IMG/VR virus record: IMGVR_UViG_3300009597_000017
Location: 1-51,094 of that record
DNA: 51,094 nucleotides
Source of the DNA: a virus
Taxonomy: Duplodnaviria; Caudoviricetes
Reading direction: 5' to 3' (one strand)
Shown here: positions 9,691 to 19,836 of the stretch, in pieces
Layout of the letters: each line of letters begins with the position of its first letter
Position numbering within the stretch: position 1 is the stretch's first letter
The notes under the pieces: generated by a model
Databases searched by the model: none
What the model was told of the DNA's origin: nothing
What the model saw: only the letters and a program-made list of their open reading frames with translations
Program-made: the position numbers and the translations under genes

Positions 9691-10127
9691 TAAGCGCTCA
9701 CCGCGTAATTAAACTTCACATTCCCTTTGAGATTCGACCAATGACCACAATGCCAATAGACTCGAATCGTTGTTGTGTTCAAGACATAGCCAGCGGCGTA
9801 GCATTGATTCATTTCCGCCTCGTCTTTTAAAGTGCCCTTGCCTGTGTAGACGGCGACTGCCTGATTGACTAAAACTTGTTTGTCAGCGGTTAAGCCGCTT
9901 AAACCAGTAATGTCAAACGTGCCGTCTTTGGATGCAAGAGCGCCTAAATCTTTCTCAACAGTTGTCAATGTTAGGCTGCCAGCCGCGCCACCCGGCACAT
10001 TGACTGTTGCGACTCCAGCGGCGACTGTAACACTGACTCCAGCGCCGGTAAAGTCGAGAATGCGCGAAACTCCTTGTTTAATGCCCTCGTCGCGAAATTC
10101 GCAAAACGTCGGGTTTGAAATCGGCAT
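9690..10127 (-). CDS. Probable virion fibre-associated protein
   Basis: DEG...LDFTGAGVSVT motif common in phage fibre proteins. Confidence 0.55.
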   Translation of the reverse strand: MPISNPTFCEFRDEGIKQGVSRILDFTGAGVSVTVAAGVATVNVPGGAAGSLTLTTVEKDLGALASKDGTFDITGLSGLTADKQVLVNQAVAVYTGKGTLKDEAEMNQCYAAGYVLNTTTIRVYWHCGHWSNLKGNVKFNYAVSA

Positions 10128-10958
10128 TTACGCATACTCCTGAATGGCTAGATTAGACGCCGCCGCTGAGGCAATGGCATTCACCGCGCCTAAATCAAAC
10201 ATGAATGAATCCATTTCAAAGCTGCCGCCGGGATATAATGTAATCCCGCGATCAAGCACGGCGGCTGAGCCAAAGCCGAGCGAAATTCGATTATCGCTCG
10301 TGTTGACTAAAGCTAAGCCTTTGCGACTGGCATTTGCAGCAACGGCCTGAGCCGACGCGACGCCGACGGTGGCAAATGTCGGTGCGGCTGGTGCCAAATC
10401 GACTACGGCCTGCGACACTGGGAGCGCTGATTGATCGCTGGCAAGTACAACCGGCAGCGATGACGCCATTACCTTCTGGCCGATCAACGCTGCTGCACCA
10501 TCGGACAAACGAGCAAAGACCGGCGTGGCGACTGGAGCGTCTACTGTCAACGATGCCGCGTTGTCCGTGACTGGAACCGCTACACCGCTGGCGTCAACAC
10601 TTAGACGCCCGCCGACCAAAGCGGCGGGAAGCTGCGCCTTAATCGGCAAGTCAATGAATGTCGCATCAGCGGCGTCTCGAACGCGAACGTCGACTTTGTC
10701 TTGACCAGTTGCCAAATTGCGAATGTCAAGGTCAAGAGCATCAACAGTAAGAGCACCGCCATTGTCCGAAACCGGCTGAACGACGGCAGACGCGTCGACT
10801 TTGAGCGCGCCCGCCGTTACCCCGACCAAATTACCAGCAGAATCGACAATGACGATCTCCTCGGCGTGGACAGTCGTCCCGCCGTGGAGATGCGTTTGAG
10901 ACCCGAGTTGTTTCGTCGGGGCTGCATCTTCCTTAATGTCGATCTGGCCGTCAGCCAA
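10128..10958 (-). CDS. Probable virion fibre/decoration protein
   Basis: Repeated PVSDNGGALTVD / PVTDNAASLTVD and GQKVMASSLPVVLASDQ motifs; C-terminal NASRKGLALVNTS beta domain. Confidence 0.6.
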   Translation of the reverse strand: MADGQIDIKEDAAPTKQLGSQTHLHGGTTVHAEEIVIVDSAGNLVGVTAGALKVDASAVVQPVSDNGGALTVDALDLDIRNLATGQDKVDVRVRDAADATFIDLPIKAQLPAALVGGRLSVDASGVAVPVTDNAASLTVDAPVATPVFARLSDGAAALIGQKVMASSLPVVLASDQSALPVSQAVVDLAPAAPTFATVGVASAQAVAANASRKGLALVNTSDNRISLGFGSAAVLDRGITLYPGGSFEMDSFMFDLGAVNAIASAAASNLAIQEYA

Positions 10959-10961
10959 AGT

Positions 10962-12140
10962 TTACTCCAATTCGCCGCGCAAATACTGCCGCATCTTCTC
11001 GCGTGTATTTACGTCAGCCGGCATCGTTTCGCCGCCGCCCGGCGTGGAGCCGCCGCCGCTTGGAGGCGCTTTACGCGTTTTTCCCCGAAGACGTTCAGTC
11101 GACGCATTAGTCTTTCCTGCTTCGAGCGCAGTCAAGCGCTTGGTCAAATCGGCGATTGTCTTGTCTCGTGGGTCTCCATCAGCCTGTGGCTGTGCAACGC
11201 TCTTGCCATTCGCCGCGTAGCCGTGCCCTTCAAGAATGGCTGGCATCTCGTATTGCAGAATAGCTTGAATCTTGTCAGGAGTCAGGAAATCGCCCTCTTG
11301 CTCACAGAGGTACAACACGTATTGAGCGATTTCAATTGCATTCGCGCCATATTGGGTTGCCAACTCCTGCGCGCGTGGAACAATGTTCTCGTTGAAGAAT
11401 TGTTGACCAATTTCGTCAAAGCGCGAGTCGTCGGCTGGCGCCGCTTCTCGGCCGTTTGAAGCAGGCGCGCCACCCTGCGCGAGCGCTTGCTGATACGCCA
11501 CGGCCAAACGCTGAATCGGTTCGGGATTGCCATTGACCAATGCGGTCAGTGCAGTGTCCCATACTCGACGCTCGTTATTGAATTGCGCCACTTGTGACTC
11601 GGCCGCAACTGCGCGTTGCATGGCTTGAGCACGTTCAGCGCGCGTGTCGACCAAGACTTTCTCGTTGTAGTGGCCAAGCGACGCGACTCGTGTCAAATCA
11701 CGAAGCGACTTGCGCTGTTCCTTCGAGAGCGCGTTATAGCCAACCTGAACCTTGCCTGTCAAAAGATCAAGAGCCGAAACCTTGGTCGGGTCTTTAATCT
11801 CAGCGCCCTTGGCGTCAAAGAGCTTAAAGCCTTCGAGTTTAAACGGCGCAGTCGTCGGGGCAACGATTGGCGGCGCTTCAGTGCCCGGCGCCGCGTCGTC
11901 GTCTTCCTCAGTCGCAGATTCACGAGCCTTCGCCCATTCGGTCGTCAACTCCTCGTCAGTCATTCCTTCGGAGATTTCGCCCAATTGCTCACGCAACTGT
12001 GCTGGCGTATAATCGTTCTCGCCACCCGCCAAGTCGCCGAGTCGAGCGTCGAATTCAGAATCGGCAAGAGTCTGCGCGACAATGTCGTCGTGGCCACTGC
12101 TTCCAGTGGCGTTCGCCGGCAAAGATTGTTCAAGAGCCAT
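10962..12140 (-). CDS. Putative capsid scaffolding protein
   Basis: Acidic N-terminus, coiled coil, basic/Gly C-terminal tail; directly after the portal. Confidence 0.55.
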   Translation of the reverse strand: MALEQSLPANATGSSGHDDIVAQTLADSEFDARLGDLAGGENDYTPAQLREQLGEISEGMTDEELTTEWAKARESATEEDDDAAPGTEAPPIVAPTTAPFKLEGFKLFDAKGAEIKDPTKVSALDLLTGKVQVGYNALSKEQRKSLRDLTRVASLGHYNEKVLVDTRAERAQAMQRAVAAESQVAQFNNERRVWDTALTALVNGNPEPIQRLAVAYQQALAQGGAPASNGREAAPADDSRFDEIGQQFFNENIVPRAQELATQYGANAIEIAQYVLYLCEQEGDFLTPDKIQAILQYEMPAILEGHGYAANGKSVAQPQADGDPRDKTIADLTKRLTALEAGKTNASTERLRGKTRKAPPSGGGSTPGGGETMPADVNTREKMRQYLRGELE

Positions 12141-12154
12141 TGTTTAAACGTCCT

Positions 12155-14572
12155 TTAGGCTTGAGTGCCTGCAATTTGCTGCTCTCCACCCGTCAACTCG
12201 GCAGGTGGCAACTGACTAGCTGCTGACGGAACGGCTGAAGATTCGGGATTCGGCGAGGTTTGAGGCCCACCGCCAGTCGGCGCTCCACCCACTGTAGGAG
12301 GCGGCGGCGGCTGACTCGCAGCAGCGACCCCGCCAGTCGGCGTTGGTTGCATAGTGGCCAAGCGGTCGGCCGGGATTCCCGTCGTTTCCATCGGGATTGG
12401 AGTCACGCCAGTCGGGTCATTCATTGCACGTTCCAACTGATCGTAAATGCCCCAACGCTCAAGGGCAAGTTGTCGCATGCCCCAAGGGCGGCGCTCGTTT
12501 AGAATGATTTCGAGCAAAGCTGGCTTATGTACTGTCGTATACGCGGCTGGAACGCCCATTTGAGCAGCGGGTCCAACAGCCCCTTGCTGAGGCATTGGCG
12601 GCGCTTGCTGCACATCCTGCCACAAGACAGGAATGCCGCCATAACCCGCCGAGTAGCGCTGAGACATGTCTAGCTTCTCAATTTCTTCCCACTGTTCTTC
12701 AAGCTGCGTGTTCACAAACTGAGCGCGCTCCCACTGATCTGAGTCGCCCATGCGAATGTCACGAATGTTTGAAAACACGCTACCTTTTTGATACGTTTGC
12801 AGCGTAATCCGGCCCTTGTCGAGTTGCTCCTCAAGCAATTGCTGCTGAAGCGCCCGAGGAAGCGGCATCATGGTCTGTGGGTCAACATAGACCATCGGTC
12901 GATCACCAAGCATTTCTCCATCAATGCGCTTGGCCAAATCACCACGCCCGCCAACTGCTGGAATCAAACGCGGCTCGTCGAATAGCCATTGCGCATATTT
13001 GACGATCAGGATTGCAAATTCCGTCGCGCCTTCAGCACCAGCACGAACGGCTGGCCCAAACGTACGCTCAAGCGCTTGCTGCATAGCCAGAACGGCACGG
13101 CCCGAGATGTCTTGCGCCGAGGCAGACCCGCCGCCTGTAACTTGACCACGCGCAATGTCGTTCCAGCCGGTTTTGTCTTCAAGCTTTTTAATCAACCAGT
13201 CGAGCAAGCGCCAAGCGTCTTGGCCGGCGGAAACCGGCGGAAACTGATCTGGCTTCGCTCCTTGGTATTCAACGAAGCTGCCAGTAATGTTCGAAAACGT
13301 TTCTTCAAGCACTGTGCCCTTCAGTGCCAACATTCGCCCGCCGGTGAACCAGCGCGCGTGCTTAAGCAGCGCCGACAACAAGGCATTAATCGCCATCTGA
13401 TCGCCAATCCAATCCGACATGATTGGACGTGGGAAAATGTCGGTGTCTGCCGAACCGTCTGTAAAGCGGGCGAGCGGAATGACACCACCCGGCAACTCGT
13501 CGCCACGGTCAACGATTTTATCGCCGATTAGACGAATCCACAATCCAGATTCAAGACCCGGCTCGTGCTGATCGGGGGCAATCCAAAGAATGTACTCAGC
13601 CACGCCCTCAGTGATGCGTTGACGACGAGTAGGAAATGGCGGCAATCCGCGCTGCCATCCCATACTACGGTCCAGCGGCAAATCCATCGCGTCGTTCTGC
13701 GACGAAATTTGAGTCTCGGCTTCGAGTTGCGAATTTCCTGTTTCAAGGCGAGCTTGCTCGACAGAACGCACACGTCGAACGAGCGCCCATTTGGCACGGT
13801 CAACCGGCCCGTTGACAGAACGCGCTTCAGGGTCGAAGACAACTTCGTGAGCAAGCAGAATCCGGCAGGCAATCTCGCCCTCGTAGAGAATACGAGGTTC
13901 AGCATCGGGCGGAGCGACTACGCCTTCGTCGGCGTAAGGCAATTCAAGCAAGCCTTGCTCATTAATCATATAGCCTTGCGCCTTCAAGCCGGCGAATCGT
14001 TCGTCGGTCTCAGGAATCAAGTCAACGTCTTCGCGCGTCGGCCCGGCGTTTTTGTCTACAAAGACGTGAAGGAACGAAACGCCGTCTGATTGCGCATGAA
14101 ACCAAGCGTCTTGAAACGCGTTCCACGCGCGCAACATGTAGAAGTAATACTCAGTGACCGACTGTTGCGCTTCAGCCGATTCACGGCCGGCAACGCCGCC
14201 GACCAGTGGCTCGTGACGGAAGCCGGGCTTTTGCTCTGAGATTACGCCTAGACGGAAATCAAGAGCCGGCCCAATAACGTTCAGGACTGAGCGCACATCA
14301 TTGGCATCAGCTTGAGGCTCACGCCACGTCCGACCGTCGCGAGTGGAAATCCACTGATGTCCCGCGCGGAAATGCCGATGCCGAGTCCAGTGCAAGCGCT
14401 TATCGCGCATCACGCCATCTTGCTGCTTGCGCTGAGACTCAATCCAAGTGCGCCACTTCTTTCCATCTTGCTCGTCGAGTAAAGGCATGCCTTCGCCGAA
14501 TTTGCGCGCAAGGCGTTTCTTCGGGTCGGCGACATCCATACTCGTTGTATCAGGCGTCAGTTCACTCGTCAT
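12155..14572 (-). CDS. Portal protein
   Basis: 805 aa after TerL; AGHQW, LNVI, DP.A, GQ...SGRAV motifs of P22-like portals; low-complexity C-tail. Confidence 0.85.
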   Translation of the reverse strand: MTSELTPDTTSMDVADPKKRLARKFGEGMPLLDEQDGKKWRTWIESQRKQQDGVMRDKRLHWTRHRHFRAGHQWISTRDGRTWREPQADANDVRSVLNVIGPALDFRLGVISEQKPGFRHEPLVGGVAGRESAEAQQSVTEYYFYMLRAWNAFQDAWFHAQSDGVSFLHVFVDKNAGPTREDVDLIPETDERFAGLKAQGYMINEQGLLELPYADEGVVAPPDAEPRILYEGEIACRILLAHEVVFDPEARSVNGPVDRAKWALVRRVRSVEQARLETGNSQLEAETQISSQNDAMDLPLDRSMGWQRGLPPFPTRRQRITEGVAEYILWIAPDQHEPGLESGLWIRLIGDKIVDRGDELPGGVIPLARFTDGSADTDIFPRPIMSDWIGDQMAINALLSALLKHARWFTGGRMLALKGTVLEETFSNITGSFVEYQGAKPDQFPPVSAGQDAWRLLDWLIKKLEDKTGWNDIARGQVTGGGSASAQDISGRAVLAMQQALERTFGPAVRAGAEGATEFAILIVKYAQWLFDEPRLIPAVGGRGDLAKRIDGEMLGDRPMVYVDPQTMMPLPRALQQQLLEEQLDKGRITLQTYQKGSVFSNIRDIRMGDSDQWERAQFVNTQLEEQWEEIEKLDMSQRYSAGYGGIPVLWQDVQQAPPMPQQGAVGPAAQMGVPAAYTTVHKPALLEIILNERRPWGMRQLALERWGIYDQLERAMNDPTGVTPIPMETTGIPADRLATMQPTPTGGVAAASQPPPPPTVGGAPTGGGPQTSPNPESSAVPSAASQLPPAELTGGEQQIAGTQA

Positions 14573-14970
14573 TACTCAGGCTTTGGTTCTTCAACAACCC
14601 CATCCTCTCGCTTCAAAGCGGCAAGAACTTGCGTCCAACCGCCGAGATCACTACGCAATGCCCGTGCATGTCGGCGCCGGCTGATTCGCGCCCACTCGTC
14701 CGATTCCGCGTCGATGTAGTCGAGTACGTCAAGCGGCATCGGCTCCTCATTGATCGTCGTCGGAGCGGCGTCTGGCGGCACGGCTTGGACGCGAACGGTC
14801 AGCAAAGCTGGAATGGCTTGCGTGACGTCTAAAGTGCCAATGACATCTGCCCGCACATCGCCGATGTCAACGTGAATGACAGGAGGGTGACGCAGCAGGT
14901 AGAAGAAGGCGCCTAAACCAGCGGCCAGCAACAACATAATCAATGTTACAGCAATTGTCAAGGGGGTCAT
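14572..14970 (-). CDS. Hypothetical membrane-anchored protein
   Basis: N-terminal TM; lies between TerL and portal. Confidence 0.55.
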   Translation of the reverse strand: MTPLTIAVTLIMLLLAAGLGAFFYLLRHPPVIHVDIGDVRADVIGTLDVTQAIPALLTVRVQAVPPDAAPTTINEEPMPLDVLDYIDAESDEWARISRRRHARALRSDLGGWTQVLAALKREDGVVEEPKPE

Positions 14971-16431
14971 TTAGTCCCAAGCTCCCAAATCTTGGAAGTA
15001 GTTCTGCTCAGGCCGCTTAGCGTCATCGACGATTTTGTCAAACGTTGTGTCAAACTGACTCGGGTCGCGCTTAGTCGTAGTTGGCATCGTCGATTGCGTC
15101 GCCGGCTGTTCATAAACCGCCATTACTCCATAGCGTAGAGTGTCAGCGGCGTGATCTTCCTGCCGCGGCCGGATGTCATTCGGGTCTTTGCCCGGCCCTG
15201 AATTGCGCTGAAGCTTAGGCAACGTTCGAACGAGGTTTGGAGCACCGTGGCCAAACGCGTCCATTGGCCAGACGCGCAAAGCGGCTTTGCCCTGCAAGTC
15301 GATGATTTTAGACCAGCCGGCAAGACGATCAGTATTTGCCTTCTCGACGGTTACGCCCTTCATCGTGAGCATAGAGGCAATGCTTTGATTGTCTCCACTC
15401 GCGCTTGGCTTGCGATTCATCATTTCAGGCGAGCCAATTGAATACATTACGCCTCGCAGCTTCAACTGTTCTTCGCGCTGTTTAATATAGTGTGCAATGC
15501 CTTCAAGCGTTGTTTCACGCACATACAATTCAGAGACTACGTCGACAACACCAGCGCGGGCGTAGTACAAAAGCCACAAGACGCAGGTATAATCGTCGAT
15601 GCCATAGTCGATTGCTCGAATGACGACGTAGTCAGAGTCGAGCATCGTCGGTTTGTCGAGCACGATCAATGGCTTTTTAAACATGGCGCCAACAAGTTGG
15701 TCCCAACGTCCATGAATGTACGCAGCGACGTCTTCAGGCGGCATTCCGCTGACCATGCCGGCGACATACTCCTCGCGGTTCGGCATAGCAGTATTGTCCC
15801 AAACTGTCGACGGAATGAATTGCCGCGTAATCGTCACATTGGCGTGTCCCTCGCCAATGTCAACGATTTCGTCATAGACCTTATACGCTTCGCGCAACGT
15901 GCCTTGCTGCTCGACGCCGATGAAACGATTTAAGACCCAATCGTGCCCAATGTCGCCGGGGTTCGTGCCTGAGCGAATTTGAAGCGGAAGATCAATCGAC
16001 TTGGTTCGATTACGTGTGAACATGAACGCGTACATTGGCTCTGAGAACGACGTGACTTCGTCGAAGCAGACCAAGTTGTACTCAAACGATTTAAACGAGA
16101 AAATGTCTTTCTCGTGCTCGGCGTAACCCATTTGAACAATGGCGCCGCTTGGGAATCGCCAACGTGACTCAGCTTCTCGCCACTGCGCGCCCGGCACGGC
16201 AAGAGGATACAATTGCAAGCTGCGGTCGATCATTTCTTGCAGATTTGGCCGTGTACGCCGCAGCATCAATGCGCGATGCTTCGGATGCTCAACGTAACGT
16301 AGAGCACAGGCCAGCAAAGCGTCGGTTTTACCGCCTCCTACTGCGCCGCCGTACAAGACTTCACGCGCCTCTGACATTAGGAAAGCCGTTTGAGGTCCGT
16401 CATTAGGCTTCCATAGAATGTCATTGCTCAT
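14971..16431 (-). CDS. terL: Terminase large subunit
   Basis: Walker A YGGAVGGGKT, Walker B VCFDE, TNPG, nuclease IDYG and DHAADTLRY. Confidence 0.95.
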   Translation of the reverse strand: MSNDILWKPNDGPQTAFLMSEAREVLYGGAVGGGKTDALLACALRYVEHPKHRALMLRRTRPNLQEMIDRSLQLYPLAVPGAQWREAESRWRFPSGAIVQMGYAEHEKDIFSFKSFEYNLVCFDEVTSFSEPMYAFMFTRNRTKSIDLPLQIRSGTNPGDIGHDWVLNRFIGVEQQGTLREAYKVYDEIVDIGEGHANVTITRQFIPSTVWDNTAMPNREEYVAGMVSGMPPEDVAAYIHGRWDQLVGAMFKKPLIVLDKPTMLDSDYVVIRAIDYGIDDYTCVLWLLYYARAGVVDVVSELYVRETTLEGIAHYIKQREEQLKLRGVMYSIGSPEMMNRKPSASGDNQSIASMLTMKGVTVEKANTDRLAGWSKIIDLQGKAALRVWPMDAFGHGAPNLVRTLPKLQRNSGPGKDPNDIRPRQEDHAADTLRYGVMAVYEQPATQSTMPTTTKRDPSQFDTTFDKIVDDAKRPEQNYFQDLGAWD

Positions 16432-16849
16432 GCAGTTTATGCGCCTCAATGCACTGCTTGCAGATATGTGCCGATTCGCCGAATCCTAGAGTAGGCAAGA
16501 TAATGATACCTACAGGCCCTCGCTTGTCCTCTTGCGACTTGCTGACTTTTCCATACGCACGATCAAGAATGTGCTTAATAATCGACGTTTGAGCGGCCGT
16601 CGCTTTAGTGACTCCAGAGGCAATGGCCTTAACTGTGTCTTGAAGCGAGTCGGCAAGTTCTTTCCAATCGCCGGTCGCTTCGGCGATTTTAAGCTTTTCT
16701 TGCAAGTCGGCGAATTTTGCCGGCGTAAGTGGCGGCTGTCCTTTGCGCTTAATGTCGTAGCAGCGCCGGCACAAACCATCAGGATATGGCCCTGAAGCCC
16801 GCTTGCCGCACGCCGGGCATAGAATTGCATCAGCCGGGGTTGTTGGCAT
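16421..16849 (-). CDS. Putative terminase small subunit with Zn-finger
   Basis: Immediately upstream of terL; ILDRAYGK motif; CxxC pairs. Confidence 0.55.
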   Translation of the reverse strand: MPTTPADAILCPACGKRASGPYPDGLCRRCYDIKRKGQPPLTPAKFADLQEKLKIAEATGDWKELADSLQDTVKAIASGVTKATAAQTSIIKHILDRAYGKVSKSQEDKRGPVGIIILPTLGFGESAHICKQCIEAHKLHEQ

Positions 16850-17222
16850 TCTGCGCCTTCATGGTTTCAAACAAGTAGCCCATTGCATTGAACATAATTG
16901 CGCAAAGTGCGTCTTCGAGGAATTTTAAGCGCTCTGGAGTAAGTGGCAATTCAGGCTGCGTTCGATGAATCTCCCACAAATCCATCGCATGCCGCAGCAT
17001 TGACTTCATGTATGAAGTCAGCGGCACGCCTTTTTGCCAATTGTCGCTCGACCGCATTGTTTGGCCGGGGGGAATATTGGCCAAGCGCTTCTCATGCATA
17101 TACTCGGCAAAGCGCCGAAGAACGAGCGGTGACATGAAGCCTTCATAATCCAGCTTCGTCACATCGTTGCCACGAGTCGCGCCTGTCGAGAACAACCGAG
17201 TGTCTACAGAAACGTCGACCAT
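16830..17222 (-). CDS. dATP/dGTP diphosphohydrolase-like (DUF5664 family)
   Basis: FSTGATR...KLDY...NWQKG.P...SMLRH pattern. Confidence 0.7.
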   Translation of the reverse strand: MVDVSVDTRLFSTGATRGNDVTKLDYEGFMSPLVLRRFAEYMHEKRLANIPPGQTMRSSDNWQKGVPLTSYMKSMLRHAMDLWEIHRTQPELPLTPERLKFLEDALCAIMFNAMGYLFETMKAQNANNPG

Positions 17223-17429
17223 TCAATCGCCTCCAATGATCTTGAATTGCTGCTCAAGCTCAACCGCCCACGTTGTCAAGTGCATATGCCGCAGTGTATG
17301 CGCCAATGTGACCATGCGCATACGCTCAGCCTCTTGAATCGACTGTCCATTCAAGATCGCGTCAACGTACACTACTGACGTCTGCAGGACGATCTTTCGA
17401 AGCTCGTCGAGGGTTAGCCGTGGCGACAT
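17223..17429 (-). CDS. Hypothetical protein
   Basis: 68 aa ORF with GAGG SD. Confidence 0.5.
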   Translation of the reverse strand: MSPRLTLDELRKIVLQTSVVYVDAILNGQSIQEAERMRMVTLAHTLRHMHLTTWAVELEQQFKIIGGD

Positions 17430-17613
17430 TTTTAACCTCAGTGTTCTTAATCTCGAAGTAATCAGCGACGACTTCGAATCCCGCTCCGACGTATTTATGC
17501 ACCCAACGCGGGCCGACTAGAAGAATGTGAATCCAGCCATTCTCCATATAGTAGTCCTTGGCCTCGTATTCTTCAGAGACAGTGCCGGTTGGCCCGATTT
17601 TGATGTTATACAC
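17362..17613 (-). CDS. Hypothetical protein
   Basis: 83 aa ORF coupled to the upstream gene. Confidence 0.45.
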   Translation of the reverse strand: MYNIKIGPTGTVSEEYEAKDYYMENGWIHILLVGPRWVHKYVGAGFEVVADYFEIKNTEVKNVATANPRRASKDRPADVSSVR

Positions 17614-18649
17614 TGCTCAATCCTCGCAAGTATTGCACTGCTTTCCACGGCGAATCAAACACGTCGAGGTCTCGCTCAAGAGCGCCAAAGACCAATGTGG
17701 GCACGCCCATAATCCCTTGCGTCCACCAGCGTGTCGAGTAGGGGTCAGGGCCGGTCTTGAATGTGCCATTTTGTACAAACAACGTCTTGCCGCCAATGTT
17801 GTAGCCAAGCTCGCGCAGGTTGTCGTAACGATACGCGACGTGATACGCCGGCTTGTGCAAATGCCCTGAGATCGTAACATCGGCAGGAATCACCATGTCG
17901 TACATCTTCCGCTGCGGGTACGTCTCGTTCAACTGAGATTGCCACTTCTCGCCGTGATTGACGTGGAGCAAATAGTCTTGCTGACCAACCTTTAGACGCA
18001 CCAAGCCTCGGCCGGCGAAGTATGGAACCTTGCGATCAAGTAGACGCTTCACAACGTTTAGACCAACGCGATCTTCAAACCATTTGGCGTCATGATCGCC
18101 CCACGTCCAATACAAGAGCTTGCCAGCGGCGGTTAACTCGTCAACCAAAGAGTCCATGGCATGAAGCTGAGCGCCGATTGAGCCAGCCATTTGATCTGAA
18201 GACGCGGCGCCTTTAACGCCGGGAATAAAGCCTTCAATTGAGTCTCCTGCAATGCCGACGTAGAGATTCGGAGTCTCAAGGATGAAATCCAGCGTTTTGC
18301 GAATGGACTTATGGTTAGTAAAACCGCCGCCCATGTGCAAGTCTGACGCTGAAGCAATGGCAATTGGAATCTCAGTCTGAATGTCAATCGTCAGCTTTGA
18401 AACGATGTTGTCAGCGCGTTTGTGCAATTCCAACATTGCGTCAAACGCGTCCAGCCACTCGCGCCAATTCGGCGTTTCTGGCACCTTCCAATCAGGATAC
18501 TCAGGAGGTACGTGATCGACACGCGCAGCGGCACGAGCAAAGCGTTTCCGTGCTGCCTCGCCACTAGAGAGACTAGTCAAACCGGCGATTTCATCCCAAG
18601 ACTTGCCAGATGCGCGCCACAGTTTTACGTCTTCAAGATCGAACGTCAT
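17606..18649 (-). CDS. Calcineurin-like metallophosphoesterase with N-terminal HTH
   Basis: SDLH, GDSIE, GDHD, NHG, GHLH motifs; SWDEIA HTH-like start. Confidence 0.85.
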   Translation of the reverse strand: MTFDLEDVKLWRASGKSWDEIAGLTSLSSGEAARKRFARAAARVDHVPPEYPDWKVPETPNWREWLDAFDAMLELHKRADNIVSKLTIDIQTEIPIAIASASDLHMGGGFTNHKSIRKTLDFILETPNLYVGIAGDSIEGFIPGVKGAASSDQMAGSIGAQLHAMDSLVDELTAAGKLLYWTWGDHDAKWFEDRVGLNVVKRLLDRKVPYFAGRGLVRLKVGQQDYLLHVNHGEKWQSQLNETYPQRKMYDMVIPADVTISGHLHKPAYHVAYRYDNLRELGYNIGGKTLFVQNGTFKTGPDPYSTRWWTQGIMGVPTLVFGALERDLDVFDSPWKAVQYLRGLSSV

Positions 18650-19404
18650 CGTCCAAGACTCCGTGTAAATCCTTTGTCGTCGCCCAAGTCGTGAATCGCC
18701 ATGGGTGGAAGCGGTGGGAATCGGCCAGCGCGCAGCATTTGAATGCCGTCCTTGCCGATGCGGTCTACATACTGCGCTGTGTCAAGAATGGCTGCCGTGT
18801 CAGTCGACCCGCGGAACCAAGAGGCAATACGTGTCATGTCCGTGTCTGCATTGATCTTCGGCGTGTGATGCACAAGAACAATGCTCAGTCCGTCTCGGTT
18901 ACTCCACTTACGGACATCGTTATAAATAGCTGACATCGCGGTTGAATCGTTTTCATCCGCAGCATGAAGACGCCGAAGGGGGTCGGCAACAAGCATATTG
19001 AAGTCTTCGTCAAGCATTTTCTCCCGAAGCCAGTCGCGTTGTGCACGAAGATCAAGGCGCATAGCTGCCGCCTCAATGAAGTGAATGTTGAACAAGTTAG
19101 AAGCGACGCCTTGAAGCTCAGCGTATTTGGTGATTCGCGAGTTAACAGTCGCAACTGTTTCTTCGCCGCAGAGGTACAAAATCTTTGGCGGCTCAGCGAC
19201 GACTGACTTAAGGCCCAAAACCTCGCCCTTACTCATACCGACGAGAAGCCAGCCAATTAAACGACTTTTGCCCGACTTCTCAGCACCGGCGACGGCGTTG
19301 ATTTTAGACTCCTGCCACAAACCGTCGATCAGCCAATTCACGCGTTGCACTTTCATCAATGGGTCATACCGAACGACTGGGTACAACGAGTCAAGGTTGT
19401 GCAC
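18646..19404 (-). CDS. RepA/AAA_25-type replicative helicase
   Basis: WLIDGL, GAEKSGKS, LYLCGEE, ADPL, DEND, LVHHTPK, RGS. Confidence 0.85.
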   Translation of the reverse strand: MHNLDSLYPVVRYDPLMKVQRVNWLIDGLWQESKINAVAGAEKSGKSRLIGWLLVGMSKGEVLGLKSVVAEPPKILYLCGEETVATVNSRITKYAELQGVASNLFNIHFIEAAAMRLDLRAQRDWLREKMLDEDFNMLVADPLRRLHAADENDSTAMSAIYNDVRKWSNRDGLSIVLVHHTPKINADTDMTRIASWFRGSTDTAAILDTAQYVDRIGKDGIQMLRAGRFPPLPPMAIHDLGDDKGFTRSLGR

Positions 19405-19407
19405 ACG

Positions 19408-19836
19408 TTAGCGTCGACTTCCTGCCAAGGCGGCAAGCAAATCGTCGAGGGACGCAACGACTTTCGTCGCAAACTTGTACATGACGTCGAAGCGTTCTGG
19501 CTGAGCGTCGAGCAAGATGTAGCCGGGTTTACGCTGCCCAATCAGGTAGCCAAGCTCCAAGTGGCCAGACTTGCCAGCCGGCATGACCAAGACGCCGAGA
19601 TCGGCAGAATCCAAGTGCTCTTTGTCGAAGTCAAAGACATGTCGCGCCGAATAGCCATTGAGCGCCTCAATGAATGAGTGCCCACGGCCGATTTCATACT
19701 CGCGCCACGTGTCATCAGCGGTCGGTCCAGCGGCCATCCAGTCGTCAAAGACGTCGAAGCCGATTGTGCGCAGGGCCTCGCCGACTTTAATGACATTCGG
19801 ATTGCGCAGAGAGCCGATTAGGTAGACTTTCTTCAT
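19408..19836 (-). CDS. Nucleoside 2-deoxyribosyltransferase-like protein
   Basis: VYLIGS, FDFD..HLDSAD, GKSGHLELGY. Confidence 0.75.
   Translation of the reverse strand: MKKVYLIGSLRNPNVIKVGEALRTIGFDVFDDWMAAGPTADDTWREYEIGRGHSFIEALNGYSARHVFDFDKEHLDSADLGVLVMPAGKSGHLELGYLIGQRKPGYILLDAQPERFDVMYKFATKVVASLDDLLAALAGSRR

Noticed and set aside
16830-17222. Z-genome (diaminopurine) pathway
   Set aside because: No PurZ homologue in the window; the hydrolase alone is not diagnostic
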